Positions 14,042 through 29,059 of a stretch of DNA of 64,000 nucleotides are shown in pieces. The notes under the pieces are model-generated. The model searched no databases and was not told the DNA's origin. It saw nothing but the letters and a program-made list of their open reading frames with translations. The first letter of the stretch is position 1. Each line of letters opens with the position of its first letter. Position numbers and translations under genes: made by a program. This DNA is from the human T2T-CHM13v2.0 reference genome, Homo sapiens. The stretch is taken from NCBI RefSeq assembly GCF_009914755.1, contig NC_060925.1; one strand, 5' to 3'.

Positions 14042-14434
14042 GGCAGAAGGAAGGATGTGCCTGTTCTGAGATAAGGCTTCACGAGTCCTTGCCTGATTCC
14101 TCCTGCATTGCAGAATAAGAGACATATGGAGCCAAAATACCTCAGTTAAGGTGGCCTAGCCCTTTCCAGAACAAAGTTCCCGATTGACTCATAGATGCAC
14201 AAGTGAGTCTAGCCAAGATAAGTCAAGCCCAGCCTATAGCTGCTCGCTCCCTAGCCTACTAAAATGCCTGTGTTACAGTAATATATAAAACTAATATAGT
14301 CATGAGTTAAATGATTCTGGTTTTATGCTGCTGAGTTTTGAGTTAGTTGGTTATGCAACAATAGCTAACTGATAAAGTATGGCTACCGAATAGTCACTAT
14401 TATTCATACTCTTTTCCTACAAACGAAGTTAGAT

Positions 14435-14665
14435 ATAGTGATTAAAAGTGTGGAGTAGATCAGGTCTTCTTGAATTTGAATCCTGGCTCCGCCACTTACT
14501 ATCTGTGATTTTGGGCAAGGCACCTCAATTTCCTTATCTGTACAAATGAATATAACAACAGTATCACATAGGGAAATTGTGAGGATCGAATGGGTTAATG
14601 CATATAATGCACCTGAAACAGTGCCTGGTACACAGCAAGCACTGTAGAAGTGTTTGCTATTATCC
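14435..14665 (+). mobile_element. MIR
   Basis: tttgaatcctggctccgccacttactatctgtgattttgggcaag…aagtgtttgctattat. Confidence 0.88.
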
Positions 14666-14918
14666 CTTTTAAAGGGCTTGAGACTTGGCGAGAGCAGGCT
14701 GCAGGTGAGGTTGGTTGATGCCCAGGTGGGATCAGGTCCACTGCTCAATGACAGGTTCTAAGCTCGTGTCTTCAGCAGGAGATGGGCTCACTTTTCCCAG
14801 AAGAGGAAACGTAATCAAGACTGCTTTAGAATTCTCTGAGATGACTCTTTTCTATCTTCTCTGAGAAATAAGCATTAGCATGTTAAGGGCATTATGCTTT
14901 TCTCCTACACGGAACTGA

Positions 14919-15521
<603 letters not shown>

Positions 15522-17649
15522 TAAATAATCTATTTGCTGCTTACCAACTACATGTCTTAGGTAGTAGTGTTCTATCAACAAAAAGTGAGTTTAATGATGG
15601 AAAGTCTAGATACCTTGATAGTCATTGGTAAAGGTAATTTAAGGGCAAAAAAGACATCTAGGACTCTCTCAGTAACAGGCAAGCAGCCAGCCACCCATTA
15701 GGACCAATCCCAAGCTTTGAGATGGGCTCACGAGTCACCTGGGGGCGTGTACTGGGTTCAGTCACGTAACCATCTCAAAACTCTCTGTCCTGGGTCACAG
15801 CTGGAGACATCCACGTTGCTAAGGGGTGGTGGCCTGTGTGACCCTCTTTTTCACACCTTGGAATCTTCCCACATGCTGCTCTGCTCTGAGATCAAAACCC
15901 CTACCTGTGCTTCAAAGCCGTCGTGCTCGATGCCATCTCTCAGGAAGGCTTCCCCGAGGCTCTACTCATCAATTACCTCTTCCCTCCCCATACCCTTTTG
16001 CTAGTGACTCTCTCCTGTCTCCAACTGGACCATGAACTCCTTGAAGATGGCATTTATACCCTGTTCATCTCATCATTTCCCACATGACTTAACGGAGTGA
16101 CTTTTGTGTATCAAGCTCTCAGTAAGTAATTGGTGAATTAAAATAAAAAAAGAAGGAATGATTTCACAGTCATTTCATCCAGTCAGGGGTTAATGCCCAC
16201 ACTCCTACCCAAGCATGTAATGATCCCCAAGCCCAGTGATCTCGTAAGCTCCGGTGACCACTGGACATACTGAACCACTTCTATCCTCCAGGGATACCCA
16301 GGACAGGGACGGAATGTTTAGGGAGCTCCATTTGTTCACATGTCTTTCTTTGATGCCAGCTCAGGCAGTATTTGTCCTGAGAGAATCACAAAGGAAGAAA
16401 TCTCAACATCTCTAAGAGCAATGTGAGAACAACCTGGCCAGGAGAAGTGCCATCATCATGAATTTAAAGCTTTATGGCACTTCTCGAATTTTTCAACTCT
16501 CATAAATCATAAAATTGTAGGACTAGAAAGACACTTGGAAATCATCCTGTCCAGTCTGCCATGAAAATATGCATTCCTTGGGAGGTGCTTTCTCTCACAG
16601 CACATTCATTGTGCAGATGTGTGGTCCAAGGTCACAGAACTGGTAGCAGATCTGGGATCAGAACCCAGCACTCCAGCTCTTACCCAGCATCCACTCAGCA
16701 GCCCACACTGAGCTGATATGGCAAAGAATGAATGGGTTACTGTCTCCAGGCTATGCCAGGGACTGCAACAGGTGCTGTAATTACTTGTCTTTAGAGTAAT
16801 AAGCCTCTGTAATAAGTATGTAATGTGGAAGCTTTATTCAGCCCATCAACCCTCAATAACCATTGTTGCCTAGCTGTACTCTCCCAGGCCCGGCCCCTGC
16901 TGCATTGCCCATCACTTGGGATCTTAAGTAACAGCACTTCTTGTAGAAGAACAAGGCCCTGCCAGATGTGACTAGATCACAAGAATTAGCATTGAACACT
17001 GGTTAAAAATAAAAGTAGTTTTTTCATGACATTCCTATCTGCCGTGTGTGTATGTGCATGGGTGTGTTTGAAATGTGATGAACAACAGCAATGATGTTAT
17101 ATAGATATTCATATGACAAATGTGTGCTGGACATCTACTAACAGAAAGGCCTTGTGCTAGGAATTTTGTTCCAAAAACAAGGAAGCATAAATGCTGTAAG
17201 CATGGTGTGAACACAATGGTCTGAGGCTGCCAGGGAGAGAGCACAATGGGTTTTCAAAGGGGATAAGAAGGGGGCAGAAGAGGAATCAAATAAGGCTTCA
17301 AGGAAGTGATGACACTTGAGTGATTTTAAATTCCCAGACACCTGAGAATTTGTAAAATCAGAAATGGAGAGAATATTCCAAGTAGAAAAGATAGCTTGAA
17401 CCCAGAAGATGTTAAGGTTGACTTTCAGCAAAGCTTGAAAAATAGCATATAATAACTGTTCTTATATATATAATGTAGAAGAAGCACAAAAGAGAGAAGA
17501 CGACTAGTTTTAGGAAACTGCTGATATAAGGATTATATCATTCCAGGTCAATCTCGTATGTTGAACACAGAGGGAAAAATTCTAAATAAGAGCAAACGAA
17601 TCCAGCAGGATATTAAAATAACTACATTGTCACTAATGAGCCTTACCTA

Positions 17650-17878
<229 letters not shown>

Positions 17879-18990
17879 AATCTATCAATATAATTCATTT
17901 ATTATAGGAAAAATAATATCATTAGTTCAGTAGGTACAGAATCAATCATTAGTAAGCTCCCACACTTATTTATAATTTAAAAAATAAAACCAAACACCTC
18001 TTATCAAACTAGAAATGGGAAAAAAAATTGCTGCTGGAACCTAAAAGCAAACGTCATATTAAGAGTGAAATAGGCAAGTCTTTCCAGTAAAGTTCAAAAG
18101 AGGTAAGAATGCCTGCTATCACATCTATTATCCAACATTATATTTCAATTTTTTTGTTAATATAATACAAGTAAAAGAAATAGATAGGCATAAGAATCAA
18201 AAAGGCAAACAACAATTTTAGTATTTTCAAAAGTTATGAGTCTATGTAAAAAAAAAAGAGAACATATATATTTTCAGAACTAAAAAAAGCACTCAAAAAG
18301 TCCAATGACTTTTAGTTCTAAAAATTTTAAACACAAAATTTACATTTTAAATACAAAACCCACATTTTAAAAAAATTTGTAAGTTTCTATAGGCCAAAAA
18401 AAAAAAAAATCTTCGATGTTATAGGAAAAATAGCCTGTTCCTAATAGCAACAAATTTATGAAAGAATATTAATAATTGATAACACTCATTGAGTTCTTAC
18501 CAGCGTTCCAAGCACTTGTATTTTCTACCTTATTTAATTCTCATGGAAAGTTTATGATCTAAGCTATCTAAAAATAACAAAAGCCTTGCAAGAACTTTAT
18601 GGACAAAATTATAAAGTGTTATTAAAGAGCATAAAGGACTCAAGCAAATAGGAATATATATTATATTGTTTCATGGGAAAACTGAATATCTAAATGTCAT
18701 AAATATAAAATATCCCCAAATTAACTTATAAATGTCAATATGTTATAATCAAAGTCCTGACAAAATATTTTTAAATGAAACTAGACAAACTGATTCTGAA
18801 AATCACACAGAAGAGTAAACATCGAAGAGTTGCTAAATAAGTTGTGAAAAAGAACAAAAAAGAAGAACCTGCTCTATCAGTTACCAAGACTAACCCTATT
18901 ATAATGAAAACTATGACACTGGTGAAGAAATAGGTTAATAGATCGATGAAGGAGAATAAAAATCTCACAGACCCAAATGGATATAGAAAC

Positions 18991-19283
18991 TTTTTTTTTT
19001 TTTGAGACAGAGTCTCACTCTGTTTCCTAGGCTGGAGTGCAGTGGCACAATCTTGGCTCATTGCAACCTCTGCCTCCTGGGTTCAAGTGATTCTCATGCC
19101 TCAGACTCCCAAGTAACTGAAATTACAGTGCATGCCACCACATCTGGCTAATTTTTGTATTTCTAGTAGAGACGAGGTTTCGCCACATTGGTCAGGCTGG
19201 TCTTGAACTCCTGGCCTCAAGTGATCCACCCCCTTGGCCTCCCAAAGTGCTCGGATTACAGGCATGAGCCACCACACCCAACC
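18991..19283 (-). mobile_element. AluS (Sz/Sx-like)
   Basis: Full Alu; TSD ATATAGAAACTT. Confidence 0.95.
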
Positions 19284-19957
19284 TGCATATAGAAACTTAA
19301 TCCATAATAGAGGTGACATTGCAAATAAATAGAAAAAATATAAACCATTAAACACCTTTACAAATGGTGCTGGGAGAATTAGCTTTGTATGTAAGAAAAA
19401 AATGAAAGTACATCCTTACTTCACACCATACTCAAAAATTAAAACAGATGGATCAAAACCTAGATGCAAAAAGAAAACTTTAAATCTATTAGAAGAAAAT
19501 GTCTTTGAAGCTTCAGGCTCAGCCAAGAGTTCTTAGTAAAGATCCCTTTACTCCCCAAACGAAAAAAAAAATCAGCAAAAGAAACATTAATATTTGGTTC
19601 ATTTCAATTTTATAAGCCTTTTGTGAACAAAATTGAAAGACAAACCACAGACTCGAAGTAGGTATTTGCAACATATAACTGAATTAGTATCTAGAATATA
19701 TAAAGAATTTTCAACATCAATAAGAAAAGGACAAAGAACCAACAACAAAAGAACCACACTAACAAAATCAAAATAGAGAAATGACAGAAAAGAAATATGA
19801 AATGGCCAGTCTAGAACCCATGGGAGGAGAGCCTCAACCTCACTCACAGTCTGGAACTGCAACTAGTAACGAGATACCATTTCACAGCATCTGTGGAGGA
19901 AAGTTTAAAACCTGACAGTATCAAGTGTTGGTGAAAATGCTACTGCTGGAAAAGTGA

Positions 19958-20630
19958 TGAAGTGGCATCATTTTTCTGGGGTAATACCCAACATTCATTG
20001 CCTCATACCAAGGAAATCAAGGATGCAGACACACTATAGTGAAGTTAAGAGCGGAAGTTTAATAGGCAAAAGAAAAAGAAGAGGTCTCTGCGCAGAGAGA
20101 GGTCCCGGAGAAAATGGGTTGCCGCTTCTGCAGTGAAATGCGTAAGGTTTTATAGAGGAACTTGAGGGGGTGGTGTCTGATTGACATAGGGCACAAAAGA
20201 TTGATCGGACCAGGTGTGCCACTTGCATAGCACGCAAAGAACTGGTTATGACTAGGTGTGCCGTTTGCATAACACGGGAAGAGGCTGGTCGCCCCACCCT
20301 CATCTTTTATTATGCAGATGGGTTATCTACCTAGTTGACGCTGTATTACCTGCTTTTACTGTACCCATGGTGACAAAGAAAAGGGAAGACGGAGACTCCA
20401 TGTCGAACATGCCTGAACCTCAGGTAGCCCTTTCCTATTGGCACAGCTGCCAGCATTCACTTGTGCAAGCTTCCAACTTGCTTATCTGTGTCTGCAGCTC
20501 GATTTTTCAGGCTGCTCTTTGTTAGAAAAGAAATGATTTGGGTGCTGCTTTTTGTTGAAAGGGAAATTCCACTGCGGACTCTGTTGCCCTTACTATCTGC
20601 CTAAATAATTTCTTTCTATCTCCCGTATCA
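19958..20630 (-). mobile_element. ERV1 solo LTR (MER50/LTR9-like)
   Basis: Minus strand TGATACGGGAGATAGAAAGAAATTATTTAGGCAGATAG…GGGTATTACCCCAGAAAAATGATGCCACTTCA; TG…CA ends; 4-bp flanks GTGA/GTGT. Confidence 0.8.
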
Positions 20631-21766
20631 GTGTGCTGGAACAACAAGGTACCTGGCAGGCCTAAACAACAACAAAAAAATGCATGCACTAGAATCCAGC
20701 AATTCCATTTCCTGAAACAAGTTCTCCCTCAGTGCCTAAGGAGATATGCATGAAGATGTTCACTGCAGCACTGTTTACTCTGGGAAAGAAAAACTTAGAA
20801 ATAATTAAAATGTCTGTAAATAGGAGAAAAGATCAATGGGCTCTATTCATAAGATGCATCACTTAACCCAGTTAAGAGAATGAAGTACTGAAAATTCTCA
20901 AAAATAGTAAGAAAAACAAACTAATTGATGAAATGTATATATGCAAACACCAACATATATTGTCATTGACATGTATGTATTGTAAAAGAGTAAGAAAGGT
21001 CCACTTAAAGAACACTCAATAAATTCCTTAAGAAGGAATGCTATCTAACACCTGGCATTCTGTCACATCATTGTAAAGATGAGTGTGGAAGAAGAGCAAA
21101 TGTTCACCATCCTGCTGGGAGAGCTCCTCCTGGAATTCTATGCCTTTGTGCATTCTTTATGTTTTCTACATTGCATTAAGGCAGCTAAGAAACATCTTGT
21201 CTTTGTGTGTGGTGGGGGGTAGGGGGATAGCAGTGTGTGTGAATAAATCCACCTCCTGAATACATATACAAAATGCTTTCAACTCAGAACTTTGCATACC
21301 ACTGCTCAGAGCAGACCAAGGCTATGTGTTGTCATGACAACAAACTCAACGATTTGAAATGCAGATTCTTTCTCTTTTGCTCTGATGGAAACTGATGAGG
21401 AATGCAAGATACTTTGTATTGGGTATGAGCCTGTTTGAGTTCAAATGTGATATTAGAATTGGTTGTATGCCCAGCGGGGAAGGAAATGTATGATTTACAA
21501 AGCATTGAAACCAAGAAATCATATAGATTTTCAGGAAAGCCTGTACATTGATTATAAAGTTTTGACACTTAAGATCCACTTTGAGTCTTGGCAGTCCTAT
21601 AAGAGTAGTTTTGCGTTGTGTTGGAGAGGAAGCGGGAGAGGCAATGGGATAAACACTCTGGTTCTAGAGTCCAAAAGACCTGCCTCAGCACTTCCTAGCT
21701 GTGTGTCATTTGGGCAAGTTACTTACCATATTAATCAGCATCCTCCAGAAAAACAGACCCAATAAA

Positions 21767-21767
<1 letters not shown>

Positions 21768-21814
<47 letters not shown>
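21768..21814. repeat. (TG)~23 microsatellite
   Basis: Direct reading. Confidence 0.97.
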
Positions 21815-21816
<2 letters not shown>

Positions 21817-22142
21817 ATACAGAGAGAGAGATTTATTATAAGGAATTGGCACTCACAAGATTATGGAGGTTTACAAGTTCCAAAGATCTTCAGGGTGAGT
21901 TGACAAGCTGGAGACCCCAGAAAGCCCATGGTGTAATTCCAGTTCAAAGACCAGCCAGCTCAAGACCCAGGAAGGGCTGATGTTTCGGTGTGAAAGCAGT
22001 CAGGCAGGAGGCATTTTTTCTTATTTGGGGGAGTATCAACCTTTTTGTTCTATCCATGCCTCCAAGGAATTGGATGAGGCCTGCCCACATTAGGGAGGGC
22101 AGTCTGCTATCCTCAGTCTACTGATTTAAATGTCAATCTCAG

Positions 22143-22447
22143 ATGGTTAATCGGTGCACAAAATGAGAAGTAATGAATAATAAGACCTACTAGTTGATAG
22201 CACACAATAGGGTGACTATGGTCAACAATAACTTCATTGTACATTTTGAAATAACATAAAGAATGTAATTGGCTTGTTTGTAACTCAAAGGATAAATGCT
22301 TGATGGGATGGATACCCCATTCTCCACAATCTACTTTTTTCACATTGCGTGCCCGTCTCAAAACATCTCAGGTACCCCCTACATATATACATCTACAATG
22401 TACTCACAAATTTGTTTTTAATAATTTTAAAAAATAAAAATAAAAAT
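22143..22447 (+). mobile_element. L1MA-type 3' end fragment
   Basis: Similar to 5900-6180: tttgtaactcaaaggataaatgcttga…. Confidence 0.8.
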
Positions 22448-22459
22448 TACATTTAGGAT

Positions 22460-22882
22460 ACCATCAATCAACAAGTGGATAAAGAAACTGTGATATATAT
22501 ACACACAATGGAAGACTACTCAGCCATAAAAAAAGAATGAGTTAATGGCATTTGCAGCAACCTGGATGAGATTGGAGACTATTATTCTAAGTGAAGTAAC
22601 CCAGGAATGGAAACCCAAACATCGAATGTTCTCACTTATAAGTGGGAGCTAAGCTATGAGGATGAAAAGGCATAAGAATGACACAATGGACTTTGGGAAC
22701 TCGAGGGGAAAGGATGGGAGGGGGGTGAGGGATAAAAGACTACAAATTGGGTTCAGTGTATACTGCTTGGATGATGGGTGCACCAAAATCTCACAAATCA
22801 CCACTAAAAAACGTACTCATGTAACCAAATACCACCTGTTCCCCCAAAACCTATGGAAATTAAAAAATTAAAATGATTAAAT
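22460..22882 (+). mobile_element. L1PB-type 3' end fragment
   Basis: tactcagccataaaaaaagaatga…gtaaccaaataccacctgttcccccaaaacctatggaaat. Confidence 0.85.
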
Positions 22883-24582
22883 AAACAAGTATTAATCTCA
22901 TCCTAAAACACCTTCTCAGAAACAGCCAAAATAATATTTGAGCAAATATCTGGATGCCCTGTGGCCCAGTCAAGTTGACACATAAAATTAACCAACACAC
23001 TCACACTCTTTGTGTCTTGGTTTTCTCGATTGTAAAAGACAGCTAATAATAGTAGATAGCTCATAGGCTTGAAGTGAGGAATAAATAAGCTGCTGTACAT
23101 AAAGTGCAAACAGAAGAGCTGAGACTTAGCAGGCACTCGATAGCTGTGTACCGAATGAATTTCCAGTTTCGCAAGTCATCTATGAGTACCCCCAAAATAG
23201 ATCGCTTAGTTTGCTTGTTTTCATGCTTTATAAAAATGGTAGCTTCAGAGACTTGCTTTGTTCACTCAACATTACACTAGCAACATTTGTATTCAGATAT
23301 TACTGAGAATATTCATTCCGTCGATGGACATGTGGGTCATTCCTCGTTTTTGTATTTTCAACAATGCTCCTGTGAACTCTTGTCCATGGCAGAGGGCTCA
23401 CCTCTGGGATTTTCTCTAAGACCTGGGAGAGGACTTGCTGGGTCATAGGATAGACAAGTATTTAATTTTATAAGATTGAGCTAAATTATGTCCCAAAGTG
23501 CTCAGTTTGTTGAATGAGAAAATAGTGATCAGATATTGTTCTGCTGGTCATTGAAAGAAGTCCTTACAAAGACTATCCAACAGGCAAAAGAATCTTGTGG
23601 TGGTAAATGGGGGGAAAAAGAGGGATATGAAGTTAAGTGTGATTGTAGCTCCAAAGAAAAGAAGGTGGAGGCAAAGCAATATAATACCAGAGTTGCAAGA
23701 GAAGATGTGAACAGGGTATAAAATCAGACAGATCTGGGGTCAAGCCTCTCCCTGTCCACAACCTGCCTGTGAGACCTTGAGCCAGTTTCCTGATCTCTCT
23801 ACACTCATGTTATGTCATTTTAAAATGAGAATAATCACACCTAGCGTAGAGTGTTGTATAAACTGTTATCATGCATATAGTAAGTTCTTAACAAATGATG
23901 GACAAAAACACAAAAACCATGTCTTTTTTTTTAAAAAGACAAATATGCACTTGAATGATTACTGAGGCTTATGGTAGGTCTTAAGTTATGAGTGGTTTAG
24001 TTTTTCTACTTTCAGAGCTCCTGGAAAGTGCTTATATTGCTTTCAAAATGGGAAAATTAATTTGTTTTTTAGACATTTCATTATTTGCTACTTTATGCAG
24101 GTTCTTTATGCTACTTTTATTTACTCACACACCTCTCAATTCAATTTATCACATCCATGGGGAACTGGGCAAAGTGACTGACTTCAGTTAGAGCAGGCAG
24201 CAGGTACCTGATTCACCAGGGGGCTGCCCCTCAGGTCAGGTTTTGCACAAGCTGAGAATGATCCCCAATTAGGACCTATTAAGGTGAGAAATCTCTTGAT
24301 TTGGTCATAATTAAAAGTCCTCTCTGCAAATGCTTACATTTTTGCTGGGGTCTGGATTTTCTGAATATTAGAGTTTATGCATGAGAAGGAGGAAAGAATT
24401 TAGGCCCATGAGCCAAGAGGGATGTATCTTTTGGTTTTTAGAACATCACAGCCTTATTGCAAGTCTGTTGTGGGCATAGGGGGAGTCCTTTGAGCATCTG
24501 TAGCTTTGGTGTGTTCCTTCATTCATCTAGTAGATACTGCCTAGCACTGTAGATCCCATAGATTCAGAGGGGGAAAGCCAGA

Positions 24583-24933
24583 TGTATTAGTCAGCTTGGG
24601 CTGCTATAACTAAAGCCACAGGCTGGGTGGTTTAAACAACAGACATTTATTTTCTCACCGTTGTCAAGGCTGGAAGTTTGAGATCAGGGAGCCGGCCTGG
24701 TCAGGTTCTGGTGAGGGCCGTCTCCCAGGTTCCATCGTCTCAACTGTGTCCTCATACAACAAAGAGAACGAGTCCTCTGGCTAACCTTCTTATAAGGACA
24801 CTTACCCTATCAGATCAAGGCCTCACCTGTATTAACTTAATTACTTTCTTAGAGGCCACATATGATCATGTTGGGAGTTATAGCATCAACATATGAATTT
24901 GGGGGGAGAAAGGACACAATTCAGGCCATAGCA
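24583..24933 (-). mobile_element. MLT1A-type solo LTR inserted in L2 (24510-25270)
   Basis: tgtattagtcagcttgggctgctataac…gacacaattcaggccatagca; flanks ccaga/ccaga. Confidence 0.82.
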
Positions 24934-26236
24934 CCAGAGAAGGTCCCTGCATCATCCATTCTAGAGGGCATGACAAACCACGAACAAGTACACAAATAAA
25001 TAATCAAGGCAAATATGGATTGTGATCAATTCCATGAAAGAAAAGAAGAGGATGGGGTAGAGAATAATGGAGGGGGGGCGTTGTTTTATGGAGATGGGGT
25101 CAGGAAGGATCTTGCAGAGGATATTTAAGATGAGACCAGAGGATGGACAAGAGCCAACTATGGGAAAACATTCCAGGCAGAGGGAATTTTTTCAATGCAG
25201 AGCCTTTATTCAAGAAAGATAATGGTGTGTTCTGAGAACTTTCGGAAAGACTAGCATGGCTACTGAGTGGTGATTCAGAAGGCAACCCTCTTGTACAAAC
25301 AGTTACAAATGTTTGACAAAATACAGTAGGCATTGTTTTAAATGCATAGATGAGCTTTCCAGAAAAAAAGTTATTCTAGGAACCAGAAACAAAAGAGGAA
25401 GTGAAAAGCCATCTTAACACACAGGGATTAGAATTTTTAATGCCTGGAAAGGTACAGAGATTGATGTCTTAGACTCAAGAGCAATGAGTGTATCCACATG
25501 AAGCCAGGACTCTGGGAGGGCTAATATTAACCACGCCATGAAAGGTAGATGGAGGAAAACCACCTACCTGCCCAGGAAGACAACAAGAGCGCTTGAGTTC
25601 CTTGATGTAGATTCTGTTAAAACAAAATTATTGTCTGAAAATTCATACCAAGAACTTGATCTCACATAAGCTCAAATTTATATTACCCACACTACCCCAG
25701 AAGCCCCAACTTGAAAAGGAGCTCAAACACTGTTACCAAACAGTGATATCCATGGGGAATCTATAAGAAGCCAACACAAAACGGCCAGAGAGACATGCAC
25801 CTTCAACCCAGGTCACACAAAATTCCCATAGAAAAAGCTCTGCTGAAAATGAGCTTTCAATCTCAAACTACAAATGTACAAGGAAAAACTTCACCATGTG
25901 CAAGAGTCAGAAATTACAGCAAACTGAGGGACTAGACGCTCCCTTCAAAAACTCCCAATAAAAGAACTATCTGAAAGATAGTATTTTCAGAATAATCATA
26001 ATCATAAGCTAGACCATCAAAAAACAGAATATAACAGATACTCTAAGGAGGAAAGTAGGGCAGATTTTTTAAATAATCAAATTTCTAGATTAAAAGTCAT
26101 AATTAAAATTGTCTGATGGCTTGAACAGCAGATTAATCAGATATGAAAAAACAATCAGCTGGAAGATAGATATGAGGAAATTACTCAGAATGTATTGCAC
26201 AGAGTTAAAAGGCAAAAATCATGAGAGATCAGTTAA

Positions 26237-26563
<327 letters not shown>

Positions 26564-26658
26564 CAGTTTACTTTTAATAGGAGTTCCAGAACTACAGAAT
26601 AGAGAGGATTGGGAAGAGTTGTTATGGCTGGGAATTTTCAGAATTTAGATGACGGACA

Positions 26659-27179
26659 TGCATAGTAGATTGAATCATGGCCACCCAAAGACAGCAAGTT
26701 CTAATCCCTAGGACAGTTAAATGTTGCCTGATAGGAAAAAGGACCTTCACAGATGTGAAAAAGTTAATGATCTTGAGATGGAATTCATATCCTGGATTAC
26801 CCAGGCAGGCCCTGAATACAATCAGAACTGTCCTTATGAGAGGGAAGTAGGGGAGATTTCATACAGACACACACAGAAGAGAAGGGCAATGTGAAAGAGA
26901 ACCCTGGAGAGATTTGAAGATGCTGGCCTTGGAGATGAGAGTGGTGTGGCCAATAACCAAAAGATGCCAGCGGCCACCAGAACCCGAAAGAGGCCAGGCA
27001 TGGATTCTCCTCCAGAGCCTCCGGAGGGAGCACATGGCCCTGCCAACATCTTGATATTAACCCCAGGACACTGATTGTGGACTTCTGGCCTCCAGAACTG
27101 GAAGAGAATAAATTTCTGTTGTTTAAGCCGCCAAGTTTCTGGTGATTTGTTTCAGCATCCCTAGGAAACGAACACAACA
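26659..27179 (+). mobile_element. MLT1D-type solo LTR
   Basis: gatcttgagatgg…cctggattacccaggcaggccc…gacttctggcctccagaactg…taggaaacgaacaca. Confidence 0.88.
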
Positions 27180-27192
27180 TATATGGATAGAT

Positions 27193-28259
27193 TGAGAATG
27201 AACATCAAGTTACAGGAAAGATAAATTAAAATAAATCTACAACTAGGCACACTCCAGTGAAACGGGAGAATGCCAAATACAGAAGAATGACCTTGAAAGC
27301 AACCGGAAAAGGTACAGAGGGCAATGACCAGAATGACAGTATGTTTTTCAAAACTTTAATGTAGCCCAGAAGACAATGGATAATATCTTTAAATTGCTTA
27401 CAGAAACAAATTATCATTCAAGAGTGAGGATAAAATGAAGTCATTTTCAGGCAGGCAAGGCCGAATTTCTTTTTGAGACCGAGTCTCGCTCTGTCACCCA
27501 GGCTGGAGTGCAGTGGCGTGATCACAGCTCAGTGTAACCTCCGTCTCCCTAGTTCAAGCAGTTCCCCTGCCTCAACCTCCCGAGTAGCTGTAATTACAGG
27601 CATGCACCATCACACCCAGCTAATTTTTGTATTTTTTAATAGAGATGGGGTTTTGCCATGTTGGCCAGGCTGGTCTTGAACTCCTTACCTCAAATGATCT
27701 GCCTGCCTGCCTTGGCCTCCCAAAGTGCTGGGATTACAGGCGTGAGCCACCGCGCTCCCCTGGCAAGACTAAATTTCCCATTAATAGAAGCTTGCTGAAA
27801 GAGCTGCTTCTAAAAGTTACATGCACTTCAGAAAGAAGGACTAAAACCCAGAAAGACACAGTGAGGTACAGGAAGAAATATTAAGTAATGAAATGAAAAA
27901 AACATGTGATTCAACAGAAAATCAAGCATCAAATGTGAGCTGGAACCATAAAAAAGGTGAAATGAAAATACCAGACAGTAATAACACGTAACATAAAAAG
28001 AAAGTCTATGAGTTAAAAAGTTCTGGTCTTTGTATTCAGAAGCAGAGGTACTGATTAATTTTAAATTGTATAAAGTAAAATAGACACAATTAGAGAAATT
28101 TGAAATGACAGACTGTCATTCTGGTCATTGCCCCCTGTACTTCTTCTGGTTGCTTTCAAGGTTGTTTTTCTGTATTCGGCATTCTCCCGTTTCACTGGAG
28201 TGTGCCTAATTGTAGATTTATTTTTATTTCTCTTTCCTGTAACTTGATGTTCATTCTCA
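27193..28259. repeat. Inverted duplication, arms 27193-27352 and 28099-28259
   Basis: Reverse complement of the right arm aligns to the left arm at roughly 90% (by eye). Confidence 0.95.
27466..27760 (-). mobile_element. AluS
   Basis: Full Alu; decayed TSD ggcaaggccgaatttc/ggcaagactaaatttc. Confidence 0.93.
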
Positions 28260-29059
28260 GGGGGTCATAGGAAAGAGGAGGAAAGTGTACAAAGAAAAGA
28301 CGTGACAAACAGCAAGTGCAAATTAAGATGGGCAAAATAAACCTCAATGCATCAGGGCATAAATCTAAGTATATCAAGTATCATAAAAATGTAAACAAAT
28401 GAATCCCACTGTTTAAAACACAGAAGCTCTAATGAGTAAACAAGATCTATATGCTCTATGCTTTTATAAGAACAACCAAAATAAAAGTACTCACATATAG
28501 AAGAATTAGGAGAAAAAACCCCAAACTTTCACTACTTACAAAGTTATCTGCATAGAAAACTCAAAGAATTGACATACAAACTGATAAAACTGAGAACTCA
28601 GCAGTTTTGCTGAGAACAAGCTCAAGTATACAAAAATCAATTGTATACATTAGCTAAAAAAATTAGCAAGTAGTTCTAAAAAGATACTATATGCACTAGC
28701 AATAAAAACTTAAAGGTGTCTAGGAATAAACTTTTATGGAGAAATGTATGAAACTTTATTAAAATACATAAAAGAAGAGGAAAAAATCTAGAGAAAGGAA
28801 GGGCTGGGTGATAGCTCCTGTTCATTAGTGAAAAGAATCAATATTATAAAATGAAAATCCCCCTAAACCAGTCTATAAAGTTAATATAATTTTTATCAAG
28901 AATAGAATTATAATAAAATAATTTTTCATGGAAGTTATATATGCAAAAGCAAAGACACAAAATAATTTTTAAAAAGAACAATATGGGGAGGGGATTTTCT
29001 GCCTGGATATCAAGATATCATAAAATTGTAGTCATGAAGACACTGTGATATGGACTCAG

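Larger units (their letters stand above)
21729..22996 (-). mobile_element. MLT2-type LTR split by L1 fragments, itself inserted in a MIR
   Basis: tcctccagaaaaacagacccaata(TG)n…gagatttattataaggaattggc; resumes aatctcatcctaaaacacc…caagttgacacataaaattaacc. Confidence 0.85.
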
